Shown here: one piece after another, positions 1 to 11,956 of the stretch
Position numbering within the stretch: position 1 is the stretch's first letter
Layout: every line of letters begins with the position of its first letter
Assembly (NCBI GenBank): GCA_047285305.1
Contig: JBJBDL010000003.1
Coordinates: forward strand, 1,344,001-1,408,000
Source: Synechococcus sp.
GTDB taxonomy: Bacteria; Cyanobacteriota; Cyanobacteriia; PCC-6307; Cyanobiaceae
Length of the DNA stretch: 64,000 nt
Direction of reading: 5' to 3'
Made by a program: the position numbers and the translations under genes
Notes under the pieces: generated by a model
What the model saw: the letters and a program-made list of their open reading frames with translations, nothing else
The model's database searches: none
What the model was told of the DNA's origin: nothing

Positions 1-23
1 TTCCGCGCATTTAAGACACAGCC

Positions 24-671
24 ATGTTTTTGACTGTTTTTGGCCAGAAAGGTGGTGTGGCGAAAACCTGCACCAGCATTCATTTGGCTTGTGTTTGGGC
101 TCAGCAGGGCCTGTCGGTGTGTGTTGTTGATGCGGATCGCAACCGCTCGGCAACCGCCTACGCAGCCCGGGGGATGCTTCCGTTTGAGGTGGTGCCTGTT
201 GAGGCTGCAGCAAAGGCCACCCGACATGCCCAAGTGATCATCACCGATGGGCAGGCCAGCAGCCACGAGGATGAACTCAAGAATCTTTCGGCCGGAGCAG
301 ATCTTGTTTTGCTGCCCACCACGCCGCAGGCGAGATCGGTTGAGCTCACGATTGAACTCTCCTCAATCCTTAGGCAGATGGACACTATGCATGCCGCGTT
401 GTTGGTGAAGGTGGACAGCCGAAAACAACGGCTTGCGCAGGAAGCACGTCAAATTTTGGAGGGTTTTGATGTGGATGTGATGCAGGCGGAAATCCCCTTG
501 TTGGCGGCGTTTGAAAAAGCAGAGGTGGAGGGTGTTTGTGTGTCGAATGCCGTCGATGATCGTGGCCGTGCCGATCTGCGGCGCATGGGGGGCTGGGCTT
601 CCTATTGCCAGGCCGCTGTCCAGATCCGTGATCGCTTGTTGGCAGAAACGCCTAACGCCATCAGTGCTTGA
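24..671 (+). CDS. ParA/MinD-family ATPase
   Basis: N-terminal deviant Walker A (GQKGGVAKT) followed by VVDADRN; 215 aa. Confidence 0.88.
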   Translation: MFLTVFGQKGGVAKTCTSIHLACVWAQQGLSVCVVDADRNRSATAYAARGMLPFEVVPVEAAAKATRHAQVIITDGQASSHEDELKNLSAGADLVLLPTTPQARSVELTIELSSILRQMDTMHAALLVKVDSRKQRLAQEARQILEGFDVDVMQAEIPLLAAFEKAEVEGVCVSNAVDDRGRADLRRMGGWASYCQAAVQIRDRLLAETPNAISA

Positions 672-917
672 TCACGAAACAGCTCACTTCTGGCGTCGGT
701 CGCCAATCAGACAGATCTTCTGAGCTTCAGCCGCAAAAATTGGGAAAGGTGATTGAAGGTTGATGGGACGCAGTTCTTGGTTAAAAAACCCCACCCGTTG
801 CTCAGCCGCATCCACCTGGCAGCCTCAGGCGCAATCCGCTTCTTCTGGCCAGGCGACGGTGAATCCTTCCGCTGCGGCGGTTCTGATCAAGACGCCGAGC
901 ATTCCCACTAAAGCCGA

Positions 918-1004
918 ATGATCGAAGCTGTTGTGATGCTTGCCATGGGTTTGTCGATGGCCGGCGTGGTGCTTGGCAATCTGAACAACGACGAGTCCGT
1001 TTAA
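918..1004 (+). CDS. putative 28-aa hydrophobic microprotein (MIEAVVMLAMGLSMAGVVLGNLNNDESV)
   Basis: Manually read ATG..TAA; one hydrophobic segment and an acidic tail; not in the ORF track. Confidence 0.4.
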   Translation: MIEAVVMLAMGLSMAGVVLGNLNNDESV

Positions 1005-1049
1005 GTTCAAAGGCTCTTGCTGCTTTTGATTAAGACCTTGTTTGCCTTC

Positions 1050-1181
1050 ATGCTCGGGGAGCTTGAGATCAGCAATCTCACAGCGGTCTTCCTCGCTCTG
1101 GTCGCGGTGATCTTTGTGGGCAGCTTCGCCTTGGTGTCGTTGCAGACCGGTGAGTTGATCAAACCCCCAAACAACGAATGA
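1050..1181 (+). CDS. putative 43-aa single-TM microprotein (MLGELEISNLTAVFLALVAVIFVGSFALVSLQTGELIKPPNNE)
   Basis: Manually read ATG..TGA; clear TM helix; ends 10 nt before the next gene. Confidence 0.55.
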   Translation: MLGELEISNLTAVFLALVAVIFVGSFALVSLQTGELIKPPNNE

Positions 1182-1191
1182 GTCTGAAAGG

Positions 1192-2829
1192 TTGATGCCT
1201 GATCAAGCCAAGGTCGCCAGCGTGGATTGCTCCCACGTGATGGTGATCGGCGCTGGCTGGGCCGGCTGGGGTGCAGCCAAAGCCCTCTGCGAAGCCGGTG
1301 TTCGCGTCACCCTGGTCGATGGGATGTCGGATCCCACGGGGAGGACGCCGATGCGCACCGCCAGCGGTAAACCCTTCGAAGCGGGCACCCGGGGCTTTTG
1401 GAGGGATTACCCCAACATCAATTCGCTGACCGATGAGCTTGGGCTCACCGATGTGTTCACTGAATTCACCACCAGCGCCTTCTGGTCTCCCGCTGGTCTG
1501 GAGGCCTCTGCCCCGGTTTTCGGTGACGGGTTGCAGTTGCCCAGCCCCCTGGGGCAGGCCATGGCAACGATCAAGAACTTCAAGCGCCTGCCTGTTGCCG
1601 ATCGCCTGAGCATTGCCGGCCTTTTGGTGGCGATGCTTGATCTGAACCGCAACGAGGAGACCTTCCGGCGTTACGACGCCATCGATGCGTTGACCCTCTT
1701 CCGCCAACTTGGAATCACGGAGCGGATGATCGACGAATTCTTGCGTCCGATTCTTTTGGTGGGTCTGTTCAAGCCACCTGAGGAATTATCGGCAGCCGTC
1801 ACCATGGAGCTGCTCTACTACTACGCCTTGGCGCATCAAGACTCCTTTGATGTGCGCTGGATTCGTTCCGGCAGCATCGCCGAGCAGCTGATCGCTCCCC
1901 TGGCGGAACGCCTGCTCGACTCCGGTTTGCTCACTGTTCTGGGTGGAACATTGGCCACGCGCCTGAATTTTGATCAGCTACGCGATGAGATTCGGTCGGT
2001 GGAGGTCCGCTGCAAAGCAACAGGCCGCTCCAGTGTTGTCGATGATATTGATGCGGTTGTGCTGGCTGTCGGTGCCAATGGCATGCATGCCCTGATGGCG
2101 GAGTCGCCGCGTTGCAGTGATGCGCTGCCGGAGCTGGCGGCTGCTGGCGGTTTGGGTGCGATTGATGTGGTCTCGGTGCGGTTGTGGCTGGATCGCACCA
2201 TCGCGGTCGCAGATCCCGCCAATGTCTTCTCGCGCTTTGACGCCTTACAGGGCTCGGGCGCCACTTTTTTCATGCTCGACCAGCTGCAGCACGTGGATCT
2301 TGATGCGCTCTGGGGCGGCAGCGAGCCCCAGGGATCCGTGGTAGCCAGCGACTTCTACAACGCCACGGCAATCGCAGCCTTGAGTGCTCAGGAGATCGTC
2401 GACACCCTGCTGAATGAGCTGTTGCCCCAGGCGGTGCCGGCCTTCCGGCTTGCCCAGGTGCTGGAGTTTGAGGTGCGGCGTTACCCGGGCTCGGTGTCGT
2501 TTTTCTCCCCCGGCAGTTTCAACCAACGGCCGCCGCTGCAGACAGCACTTCCGTCTGTGGTCTGTGCTGGCGACTGGGTGCGAATGGGCGATCGCGAGCA
2601 CGGTGCCAAGGGCCTGTGCCAGGAACGGGCCTACGTCTGCGGCCTCGAGGCGGCCAATGCCTTGATGCGCAGTGGGGTGGTGAGAGGGGCGAATGCTGCG
2701 ACCTGCCCAGAGCATCCCGTGCGTCCGATCCGTCCGGAAGAACCCCAGGTGCTGTTGGGCCGGGCCCTCAACAAACTCGTGATGGGCCGCCTAGAGGCTT
2801 TCGGGATCCGTTGGCCTTGGTTGGCCTGA
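1192..2829 (+). CDS. FAD-dependent oxidoreductase (amine oxidase/carotenoid desaturase-like)
   Basis: VIGAGWAG Rossmann motif; C-terminal AGDW...QERAYVCGLEAAN. Confidence 0.85.
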   Translation: MMPDQAKVASVDCSHVMVIGAGWAGWGAAKALCEAGVRVTLVDGMSDPTGRTPMRTASGKPFEAGTRGFWRDYPNINSLTDELGLTDVFTEFTTSAFWSPAGLEASAPVFGDGLQLPSPLGQAMATIKNFKRLPVADRLSIAGLLVAMLDLNRNEETFRRYDAIDALTLFRQLGITERMIDEFLRPILLVGLFKPPEELSAAVTMELLYYYALAHQDSFDVRWIRSGSIAEQLIAPLAERLLDSGLLTVLGGTLATRLNFDQLRDEIRSVEVRCKATGRSSVVDDIDAVVLAVGANGMHALMAESPRCSDALPELAAAGGLGAIDVVSVRLWLDRTIAVADPANVFSRFDALQGSGATFFMLDQLQHVDLDALWGGSEPQGSVVASDFYNATAIAALSAQEIVDTLLNELLPQAVPAFRLAQVLEFEVRRYPGSVSFFSPGSFNQRPPLQTALPSVVCAGDWVRMGDREHGAKGLCQERAYVCGLEAANALMRSGVVRGANAATCPEHPVRPIRPEEPQVLLGRALNKLVMGRLEAFGIRWPWLA

Positions 2830-2831
2830 GC

Positions 2832-3014
2832 TCAGAAATTCAGTTGACCTGAAAGCCAGAGTTCCTGCCAAGACCCCGCGGCTGAGGCATTCAGCGCCAT
2901 CAGGATGGTCACGCTGATGCCACCCAGGGTGAGCCCCACCCCCATCATGATCAGCGCGGTCAGTCCTTCCGCTTCGGTGAGCGGTTGCTTTTCGAGAAAG
3001 CGACGCTTGGCCAT
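2832..3014 (-). CDS. small single-TM hypothetical protein (60 aa)
   Basis: MAKRRFLEKQ followed by a hydrophobic helix; ATG at 3014 chosen over the ORF-track start. Confidence 0.6.
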   Translation of the reverse strand: MAKRRFLEKQPLTEAEGLTALIMMGVGLTLGGISVTILMALNASAAGSWQELWLSGQLNF

Positions 3015-3445
3015 GGCTGCTGATCCGATGCACCCGTTCTGCATTGGCCCAAGGGCACTTGGCAACAGGCCGTATCACTCATTCACGCAGAGCTGCGGGG
3101 GGATGACTCAGCGTTGCTTAGGTTGCTGGCCTGCGCTTGACGCCGCCCCGATGGGTTTCATCATGCAGCCATGACTGGTTTGATCTGTGGCATGACCGCT
3201 CTGTGGCTCCACGCCTGGTGGTGTTGCAGAACAACCAATTCGCCTGCAGTCAAACGCAGCTGGCCCTACCCGCGCTCGTGGAAAAACAGCGCCGATTTGT
3301 ATGAGAGGCCCTGTCGCCGTCACCGTCATCTCAGATCGCGCACCCAACTCAGCGCACGCAGCCGCCGCGGCATCGCCGGCAAAACTCTTGTCTTTGTAGC
3401 GCAAGTTACTGAAAACGCTTGAGTTTGCTCGTCTGGATTTTTCCG

Positions 3446-3592
3446 TTGAACGGCAGTCAATCGGTCGAGGCCAGGAGTGAGAAGCGCCGTCAGCAGCTGA
3501 TTGGGGTGCCTTTTGTGACTGCAGCGGTTGGCGTTCTGGCGTTGTTGACGATCCGTCTTGGCACCTGTTGCTCTTGGTTCGGTTGGCACTGA
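3446..3592 (+). CDS. possible 48-aa membrane microprotein
   Basis: TTG..TGA; KRR followed by hydrophobic LIGVPFVTAAVGVLALLTI. Confidence 0.3.
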   Translation: MNGSQSVEARSEKRRQQLIGVPFVTAAVGVLALLTIRLGTCCSWFGWH

Positions 3593-3725
3593 CCTTTTCG
3601 GGTTACCAGCTGGTGGTCAGTGGTGTTAAGTGCCTCGGCAAGGCTGCGCCAGCCGCCAGATGTGGTGTCCTTAGCCCTTGATTGTGGGTTAAGGGCCGGT
3701 ATGTTTTGTTTGTTCCCCATCACCT

Positions 3726-3755
3726 GGCTTCAGTCCATGCGGCTGAGGCTTTTTT
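3726..3755 (+). terminator. intrinsic terminator-like hairpin
   Basis: GGCTTCAGTC-CATGC-GGCTGAGGCT stem (with G-U pairs) followed by a T run. Confidence 0.5.
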
Positions 3756-3880
3756 ATTACCTCCTTGCAGGAAGTTGTATCTGAACAAACCAACTTCTGA
3801 TTGTCTTAAGTGACATCGCTTGGTGGTAACGGCCACATCGAAACCACGTTTTTTAAGTTAAAAGATCATGTGTTTCCTTG

Positions 3881-4054
3881 ATGTCTCCCGCTGAATTGTC
3901 GAGCATCAAATGGGAGCAAGATGGTGAAATGTATGTGCAAGATACCTTGACTCTGGTGAAAGCGCTCACCAAGGTGGAAGAGCAAGACAATGTATCCGAC
4001 CTGTTGCATTTGTCGTCGAAACACATCCACTCAAAGCGGTCCAATCGCCGCTGA
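3881..4054 (+). CDS. 57-aa hypothetical protein (MSPAELSSIKWEQDGEMYVQDTLTLVKALTKVEEQDNVSDLLHLSSKHIHSKRSNRR)
   Basis: Manually read ATG..TGA downstream of an AT-rich spacer; protein-like amphipathic composition. Confidence 0.6.
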   Translation: MSPAELSSIKWEQDGEMYVQDTLTLVKALTKVEEQDNVSDLLHLSSKHIHSKRSNRR

Positions 4055-4342
4055 ATTCGACCCCTTCCTTTGGCACGCATTCTGGTCGTTGATGGGAACC
4101 TGGGTGCAGTCGTTCGTTCTGATTCCCGCTTTTTTCGGCAAAGGTTGGAAGGCGTTTTGCTCCGAGTTGAGTCCCCCCTTTGAGGGAGAGCTCCGTCTTG
4201 AACACTCCCTCATCTGAGGGATGGTCCGTTGGCGTTGGTGGGTTGGCGGCAAACGGGAGAGTGGTGCTGTTCTGGGCCGGAGTGGGTGGTTTGCCCCTGG
4301 GCTGATCCATTCCTCTGCAGAATCACTGCATTGATAGGAAGT

Positions 4343-5527
4343 GTGGTGGCTGGAGCTGGTGTGAATCCTGCGGATCAGCGCTGGGGTTTCTGGCCGCTGC
4401 TGCCGCTCTACCCCTATGGCCGTCGCCGCACGCTGTTCAGTGAGCTGATCCCTGGCCAGCTCTGGAGCCTGGAGCAGCTGCAGGGGGTGTATTACGTAGC
4501 CGTGCCGGTGCGGCTCACCGTGGCCAAGGTGCCCGGCGGCTTGATGCTGGTGAACCCTCTGCCGCCCACCGGTGAAGTCCGCCAAGCCATCGCCGGGCTG
4601 GAACAACAACACGGCCCCGTGCGCACGATTGTGCTGCCTACCGCCTCTGGTTTGGAGCACAAACTTCCCCTCGGTCCCCTGGCCCGCGCCTTCCCGGATG
4701 CGGACATCTGGGTGTGTCCGGGTCAGTGGAGCTTCCCGGTGCAGTTGCCCCTGGCCTGGCTGGGTGTGCCGGCACGTCGCACCAAGGTGTTGTTCGACGA
4801 TGGCCTTCCCCATGGCGATGTTTGCCAATGGTTCTCCCTTGGACCTCTCGACCTTGGCGTCGGCCGTTTCCAGGAAGTCTCTTGTTTGCATTGCCCTTCA
4901 GGCACTCTGTTGGTGACCGACGCCCTGGTGGGCATCAGTGCTGAACCCCCGGCCCTGTTTGAATTAGATCCAACGCCGCTGTTGTTCCATGCCCGCGAAC
5001 GCGGCGATGAGCCCCTCAGTGATTCAGCGGAAGCCCGCCGCCGTGGCTGGGCCCGGCTGGTGCTGTTTGCCTCCTACCTGAGGCCGGAACCGCTGGAGGT
5101 GCCAGAGCTGCCGGAGTTGCTCCGGGATGCGTTCAAGCCAGGGCTCCGTTCCCTGAAAGCCCACTTCGGCCTGTACCCCTTCCGCTGGAAGGCCGGTTGG
5201 CAGGCGGCTGCCGATGGCTTGATCGGCGAAGAAGCGCCCAAGTTGCAGGTGGCCCCTGTGCTTGAACGGTTGGTGTTGCCCAGAGCTAAAGAAGCTCTGT
5301 TGCGATGGCTGCAGGAGTTGAGCGGTCAGGCTGAGCTGCGCTGGCTTGTGCCGGCTCACTACAGCGCGCCGGTCACATTCACGTCCGAAACCGTGCAACA
5401 CCTGCTCGCGTCATTGGAACAGCGGGACTGGGCCCCAAGTTCTGAGAACTGGGAGTTTCTTGGATCCATTGATCAGCAATTGCTCGATCTCGGCGTGGTG
5501 CCTTATCAGCCCGTGATCAAAGCTTGA
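4343..5527 (+). CDS. DUF4336-like protein (metallo-beta-lactamase-like)
   Basis: WxFWPLLPLYPYGRR, TASGLEHK and PAHY motifs; GTG start after AGGA is approximate. Confidence 0.8.
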   Translation: MVAGAGVNPADQRWGFWPLLPLYPYGRRRTLFSELIPGQLWSLEQLQGVYYVAVPVRLTVAKVPGGLMLVNPLPPTGEVRQAIAGLEQQHGPVRTIVLPTASGLEHKLPLGPLARAFPDADIWVCPGQWSFPVQLPLAWLGVPARRTKVLFDDGLPHGDVCQWFSLGPLDLGVGRFQEVSCLHCPSGTLLVTDALVGISAEPPALFELDPTPLLFHARERGDEPLSDSAEARRRGWARLVLFASYLRPEPLEVPELPELLRDAFKPGLRSLKAHFGLYPFRWKAGWQAAADGLIGEEAPKLQVAPVLERLVLPRAKEALLRWLQELSGQAELRWLVPAHYSAPVTFTSETVQHLLASLEQRDWAPSSENWEFLGSIDQQLLDLGVVPYQPVIKA

Positions 5528-5870
5528 GTTCGTCTTCCGGCTCGATCGCCATCTGCTCGTCTGCGAACAACGTCTCTTCAAGCTCTTTGCGCTGTTCCAT
5601 CTGGCGCAGGAAGTAACCAGTCATCATTGCCGAGGCCAGCATGTTGGCGAGGTTGTCGCGGTTGGCCGTCACTTTTACCTCAAAGTGCTCACCAGGAAGC
5701 ATTCCCAGCAAGCCTTGAACGTTGTGGCGAATGATGTCTTGAATATCGTTGCTTGCTGATTTGGCGACTCTCTGCAGCGTGTCTGGCGACTGCTCCTGCA
5801 GGTACTGGATCAAGCTGTTCCCCGCGTGACCATCACTGCTGTCAGTTGTAAGGAACTCGGGGTTAATCAT
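5517..5870 (-). CDS. DUF760 domain protein
   Basis: LIQYLQ...HNVQGLLG...LASAMMTGYFLRQME pattern. Confidence 0.85.
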   Translation of the reverse strand: MINPEFLTTDSSDGHAGNSLIQYLQEQSPDTLQRVAKSASNDIQDIIRHNVQGLLGMLPGEHFEVKVTANRDNLANMLASAMMTGYFLRQMEQRKELEETLFADEQMAIEPEDELKL

Positions 5871-5919
5871 TCGTTTGTGATCTACATCACGGACATGACC
5901 TTAACGCAAGCCATTGGCA

Positions 5920-6510
5920 TCAACCGCCATCGCTGCTGTCGGTGATCCGTAACGGACCGAACCTCTGCAGCGGCCAATACCGCCACACCGCCGTGCCCAG
6001 AACATTGGTTTCCGGCAGTGATCCCCAGAGGTGTGAATCGAGGCTGGCATTGCGGTTGTCTCCCATCACCCACAGCTGATCCGCCGGCACGGTGATCGGG
6101 GCCATCTCGTAGTTGATCGGTTCCGCCAACCAGGGTTCCGCAGCCGGTTCGCCGTTGCGGAACAGCCTGCCGTCGTGCACGTCCAGCTGATCGCCAGGCA
6201 GCCCCACCACCCGTTTGATCAGTGCAGCCGATGCGTCATAGCCAGCGGCTACGAGCTGTTCGGGAGGGGCGAACACCACCACATCGCCCAGGTGCAGATG
6301 GCTGTGGAGGCTGCGGGTCAGGCGGGGCCTCACCTTCTCCACCAGGATGTGGTCCTGCAGCTGCAGGGTTGGCAGCATCGAGCCGGAGGGAATCCAGCGC
6401 GGTTCCACCACCAACCAGCGCAGCAGCAGCGCCAGCAGGGCCCAGAGAATCAGATTGCGCCAGAAGCCCTTGCTGTCTTCTTCTGGAGCGGGTGTCGTGG
6501 GTTGGGTCAT
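5920..6510 (-). CDS. lepB: signal peptidase I
   Basis: IPSGSMLPTL (catalytic Ser), IKRVVGLPGD (Lys), GDNRNASLDS. Confidence 0.95.
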   Translation of the reverse strand: MTQPTTPAPEEDSKGFWRNLILWALLALLLRWLVVEPRWIPSGSMLPTLQLQDHILVEKVRPRLTRSLHSHLHLGDVVVFAPPEQLVAAGYDASAALIKRVVGLPGDQLDVHDGRLFRNGEPAAEPWLAEPINYEMAPITVPADQLWVMGDNRNASLDSHLWGSLPETNVLGTAVWRYWPLQRFGPLRITDSSDGG

Positions 6511-6567
6511 CGTTGACCGAAGATCACACCAGCCTGGCCTGCTGCACTGACCATCGCTCGCGCCAAT

Positions 6568-8265
6568 TTGCAGGCCGCTCTCACGCTGCTTGAGGCTCTA
6601 TGTCTCCAGGGGCTGAAGCAGCTGGTGCTCTGCCCTGGCAGCCGTTCCGGCCCCCTGGCAACAGCGGCGGGCGTGCTGGCATCCCAGGCAAAGCTGCAGC
6701 TGGTCACGGCCATCGACGAGCGGTCCGCCGCCTTTCTGGCCCTCGGCATGGCGACCGCCCATGGACGTGCCGTGGCAGTAGTCACCACGTCCGGCACCGC
6801 GGTGGCCAACCTGCTGCCCGCTGCGGTGGAGGCGGACCGCTCCTGTCAGCCCTTGCTGCTGCTCACGGCGGATCGCCCCGCTCGGCTCAAAAATTGCGGC
6901 GCCAACCAGACGGTTAACCAGGAATCCTTTTTGCTCTCGGCCTGTCGCTGGTTCAGCGGTGGAGCGGCAGATGGCGTCCACACCCAGGCCAACGACGCCA
7001 TCAACGCTCTGGCGGTTCAGGCCTGGCAGCGGGCTCAAGGTGTAGGCACTGGGCCGCCGGGAGCGGTTCACATCAACCTGCCCTTCGAGGAGCCGCTGCA
7101 CACCACTCTGGAGCAGCAGCAACAGCTGGTTTCGGGTGCGCTCCAGCCCACGGCTTGCTCTGAGCCTTCGCCTGAGATCGGGCCTGTGCCTCGCCTCGAT
7201 CCAAAGCGCCCGGGGGTTGTGATTGCGGGCCCTTGGCGTGGTCTTTCGCCCGCAGCGGAGGCCTTTCAACAGGCGCTGCATCGTTGGCTGAACCTCACCG
7301 GTTGGCCTCTGCTGGCTGATCCCCTCGCTTCCCTTGCTCCCGAATGCCCCAACCGCATCGAGCACTGGGAGTTGCAACTGGATCGGCTGAACCTGCCTGA
7401 CGACGCTCAGGTGTTGCGGCTGGGACCAATGCCCGCCAGCCGGCGGCTGGAGGCCTGGCTTCCGCGCCATCAGGGCCCACAACTGTTGATCACCGAAGGG
7501 GACCCAAGGCCGCTGGATCCGCTGCAGATGGCCAGCCAATGGTCCGGGGGCATGGCCGCCTGGATCGCTCAACAGCCTGGTCTGGACCAGCTGAGCAAGC
7601 CATCGGTTGGCACCGACGACCTTTCGGCGTGGATCGAGGCCCAGCTGCCCTTGTGTGGCACCGTCAATGAGCCCGCCCTGGCCTACTGGCTCCCCCGGCT
7701 CCTGCCGGATCGGTTGCCGCTAATGCTGGCCGCCAGTTCACCGGTGCGCGACTGGTTGACCTGGGGCGGGCCCGCCTGCAGCCGCCACCGTTGCGTCAGC
7801 TTCCGCGGGGCCTCGGGCATCGACGGCACCTTGTCGCTTGCCATGGGTCTGGCGGCGAATCTCGGTCCGTTGGCTCTGGTGACCGGTGATCTGGCCCTGC
7901 TGCACGACAGCAACGGCTGGCTGCATGCATCGTCCGCTGCTGAAGCTCCACCACTGCTTGTTCTGCTGATCGACAACGGCGGCGGCGGCATTTTTCAGCA
8001 GCTGCCCATTGCCACGCCGGGCTTCGAATCGCTCTTCGCCATGCCCCAGCAGGTGGATCCCCTGGCCCTGGCGGCAGCTCACGGTGTGCCCGGGCGCCAG
8101 GTGGCATGTTTGGAGGATCTGCAGGAGGCCTTGGCCTGGGGCTTGTCGCTGCAACGACCGGTGTTGTTGCGCTTGTGCAGCGACCGCGGTCGTGATGCTG
8201 CCCTGCGTCAGCAGCTGCGCGCCGCTGCTCAGAATGCACACACTTACCCTGAACCCGATGAGTGA
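6568..8265 (+). CDS. menD: SEPHCHC synthase
   Basis: [31 protein letters not shown] and GDLALLHD motifs. Confidence 0.95.
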   Translation: MQAALTLLEALCLQGLKQLVLCPGSRSGPLATAAGVLASQAKLQLVTAIDERSAAFLALGMATAHGRAVAVVTTSGTAVANLLPAAVEADRSCQPLLLLTADRPARLKNCGANQTVNQESFLLSACRWFSGGAADGVHTQANDAINALAVQAWQRAQGVGTGPPGAVHINLPFEEPLHTTLEQQQQLVSGALQPTACSEPSPEIGPVPRLDPKRPGVVIAGPWRGLSPAAEAFQQALHRWLNLTGWPLLADPLASLAPECPNRIEHWELQLDRLNLPDDAQVLRLGPMPASRRLEAWLPRHQGPQLLITEGDPRPLDPLQMASQWSGGMAAWIAQQPGLDQLSKPSVGTDDLSAWIEAQLPLCGTVNEPALAYWLPRLLPDRLPLMLAASSPVRDWLTWGGPACSRHRCVSFRGASGIDGTLSLAMGLAANLGPLALVTGDLALLHDSNGWLHASSAAEAPPLLVLLIDNGGGGIFQQLPIATPGFESLFAMPQQVDPLALAAAHGVPGRQVACLEDLQEALAWGLSLQRPVLLRLCSDRGRDAALRQQLRAAAQNAHTYPEPDE

Positions 8266-9127
8266 CATGCGTCAGGTGCTCCCCGGTGTGCCAACCGCGC
8301 AATGGACACCGTGGGGCAGCTATCAGGACATCGTTGTGGACCGTTGCGCTGACGGCCTGGCGCGTGTGGCCATCAACCGCCCCTCCAAGCGCAACGCCTT
8401 CCGCCCTCAGACGGTGATGGAGCTCTGTGATGCCTTCACGCGCATCCGGGATGACCGTGACATCGGTGTGGTGCTGTTCACCGGTGTTGGTCCAGCTCCC
8501 GATGGTGGCTATGCCTTCTGTTCCGGCGGCGACCAGAGTGTTCGTGGCGACGGCGGTTACGTCGGTGAGGACGGTTTGCCCCGCCTGAACGTGCTGGATC
8601 TGCAGCGCATCATCCGCAGTCTGCCCAAGGTGGTGATCGGCCTGGTGGCCGGCTATGCCATGGGCGGCGGCCAGGTGTTGCATCTGCTCTGCGACCTCAG
8701 CCTTGCCGCCGAGAACGCTGTGTTCGGCCAGACCGGCCCCAAGGTCGGCAGTTTTGATGGCGGCTTTGGTGCGGGCTACCTGGCGCGGGTGGTTGGCCAG
8801 CGCAAGGCTCGTGAAATCTGGTTTCTCTGCCGCCGTTATGGCGCCAAGGAGGCGTTGGAGATGGGGCTCGTCAACGCCGTGGTGCCGTTGGAGCAGTTGG
8901 AGGCGGAGGGGGTGCGCTGGGCCCGCGAGGTGCTGCAGCACAGCCCTACGGCCATCCGTTGCCTCAAGGCCGCATTCAATGCCGAAACCGATGGCCTTGC
9001 CGGGTTGCAAGAGTTGGCTGGCAATGCCACTCATCTCTTTTATCGAACCGAAGAAGCCGTGGAAGGCCGCAATGCCTTCCTCGAGAAGCGGTCACCGGAT
9101 TTTTCCGAGACAGGCTGGTTGCCCTGA
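8258..9127 (+). CDS. menB: 1,4-dihydroxy-2-naphthoyl-CoA synthase
   Basis: [22 protein letters not shown]; overlaps the menD stop. Confidence 0.96.
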   Translation: MSDMRQVLPGVPTAQWTPWGSYQDIVVDRCADGLARVAINRPSKRNAFRPQTVMELCDAFTRIRDDRDIGVVLFTGVGPAPDGGYAFCSGGDQSVRGDGGYVGEDGLPRLNVLDLQRIIRSLPKVVIGLVAGYAMGGGQVLHLLCDLSLAAENAVFGQTGPKVGSFDGGFGAGYLARVVGQRKAREIWFLCRRYGAKEALEMGLVNAVVPLEQLEAEGVRWAREVLQHSPTAIRCLKAAFNAETDGLAGLQELAGNATHLFYRTEEAVEGRNAFLEKRSPDFSETGWLP

Positions 9128-9132
9128 CGGGC

Positions 9133-9583
9133 ATGCCTCCTCTCCCTCCGCCGGAGCCGCTGGCCCTGCCGCAGACGGCGGCTGAGGATTCCGTGACGGT
9201 AGGCCTGGCTTCACTGCCTCAAGATCTGCGGTGCAGTGGCAGTCGTCATGTGGTGATGTTGCGCGGCCATCGCCGTGTGTTTCTGCTCGACAACGGCAGA
9301 CTGCGCAACGCCTTTCCGGTGCCCATCGGTATGCCCGACTGGGAAACCCCCACCGGAAGCTTTGAAGTGCTTCAGAAGATCCCCAATCCGGTGTGGGTGC
9401 ATCCGGTGAGTGGCTAGCGGGTGGAGGAACAGGGGGCCAACCATCCCTTGGGCAGTCACTGGATCGCTTCCCATCGCGATTGCCGCGGCCGTCCTCCATG
9501 GCTGTAAGCGGCTTTACAACGAGAATGTGCTTGCCCTGTATCGCCAGGTGTCGCTTGGAACTCAGGTGACGGTTCTTCCCTGA
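9133..9583 (+). pseudogene. disrupted L,D-transpeptidase (YkuD/ErfK family)
   Basis: FPVxIG..W-ETPTGSF-V..K..NPVW, in-frame TAG at 9415-9417, then HPLGSHWI; C-terminal HGCKRLYNENV...GTQVTVLP is in another frame. Confidence 0.8.
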
Positions 9584-9635
9584 CGGAACAGATTTCTAAA
9601 TTCCCCTTAAAGTCGCCGCGCCAACGCCGATCTGA

Positions 9636-11952
<2,317 letters not shown>

Positions 11953-11956
<4 letters not shown>

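Noticed and set aside
3776..3790. NtcA-like site TGTA-N8-AAC
   Set aside because: The second half-site mismatches TAC and there is no properly spaced -10 element.
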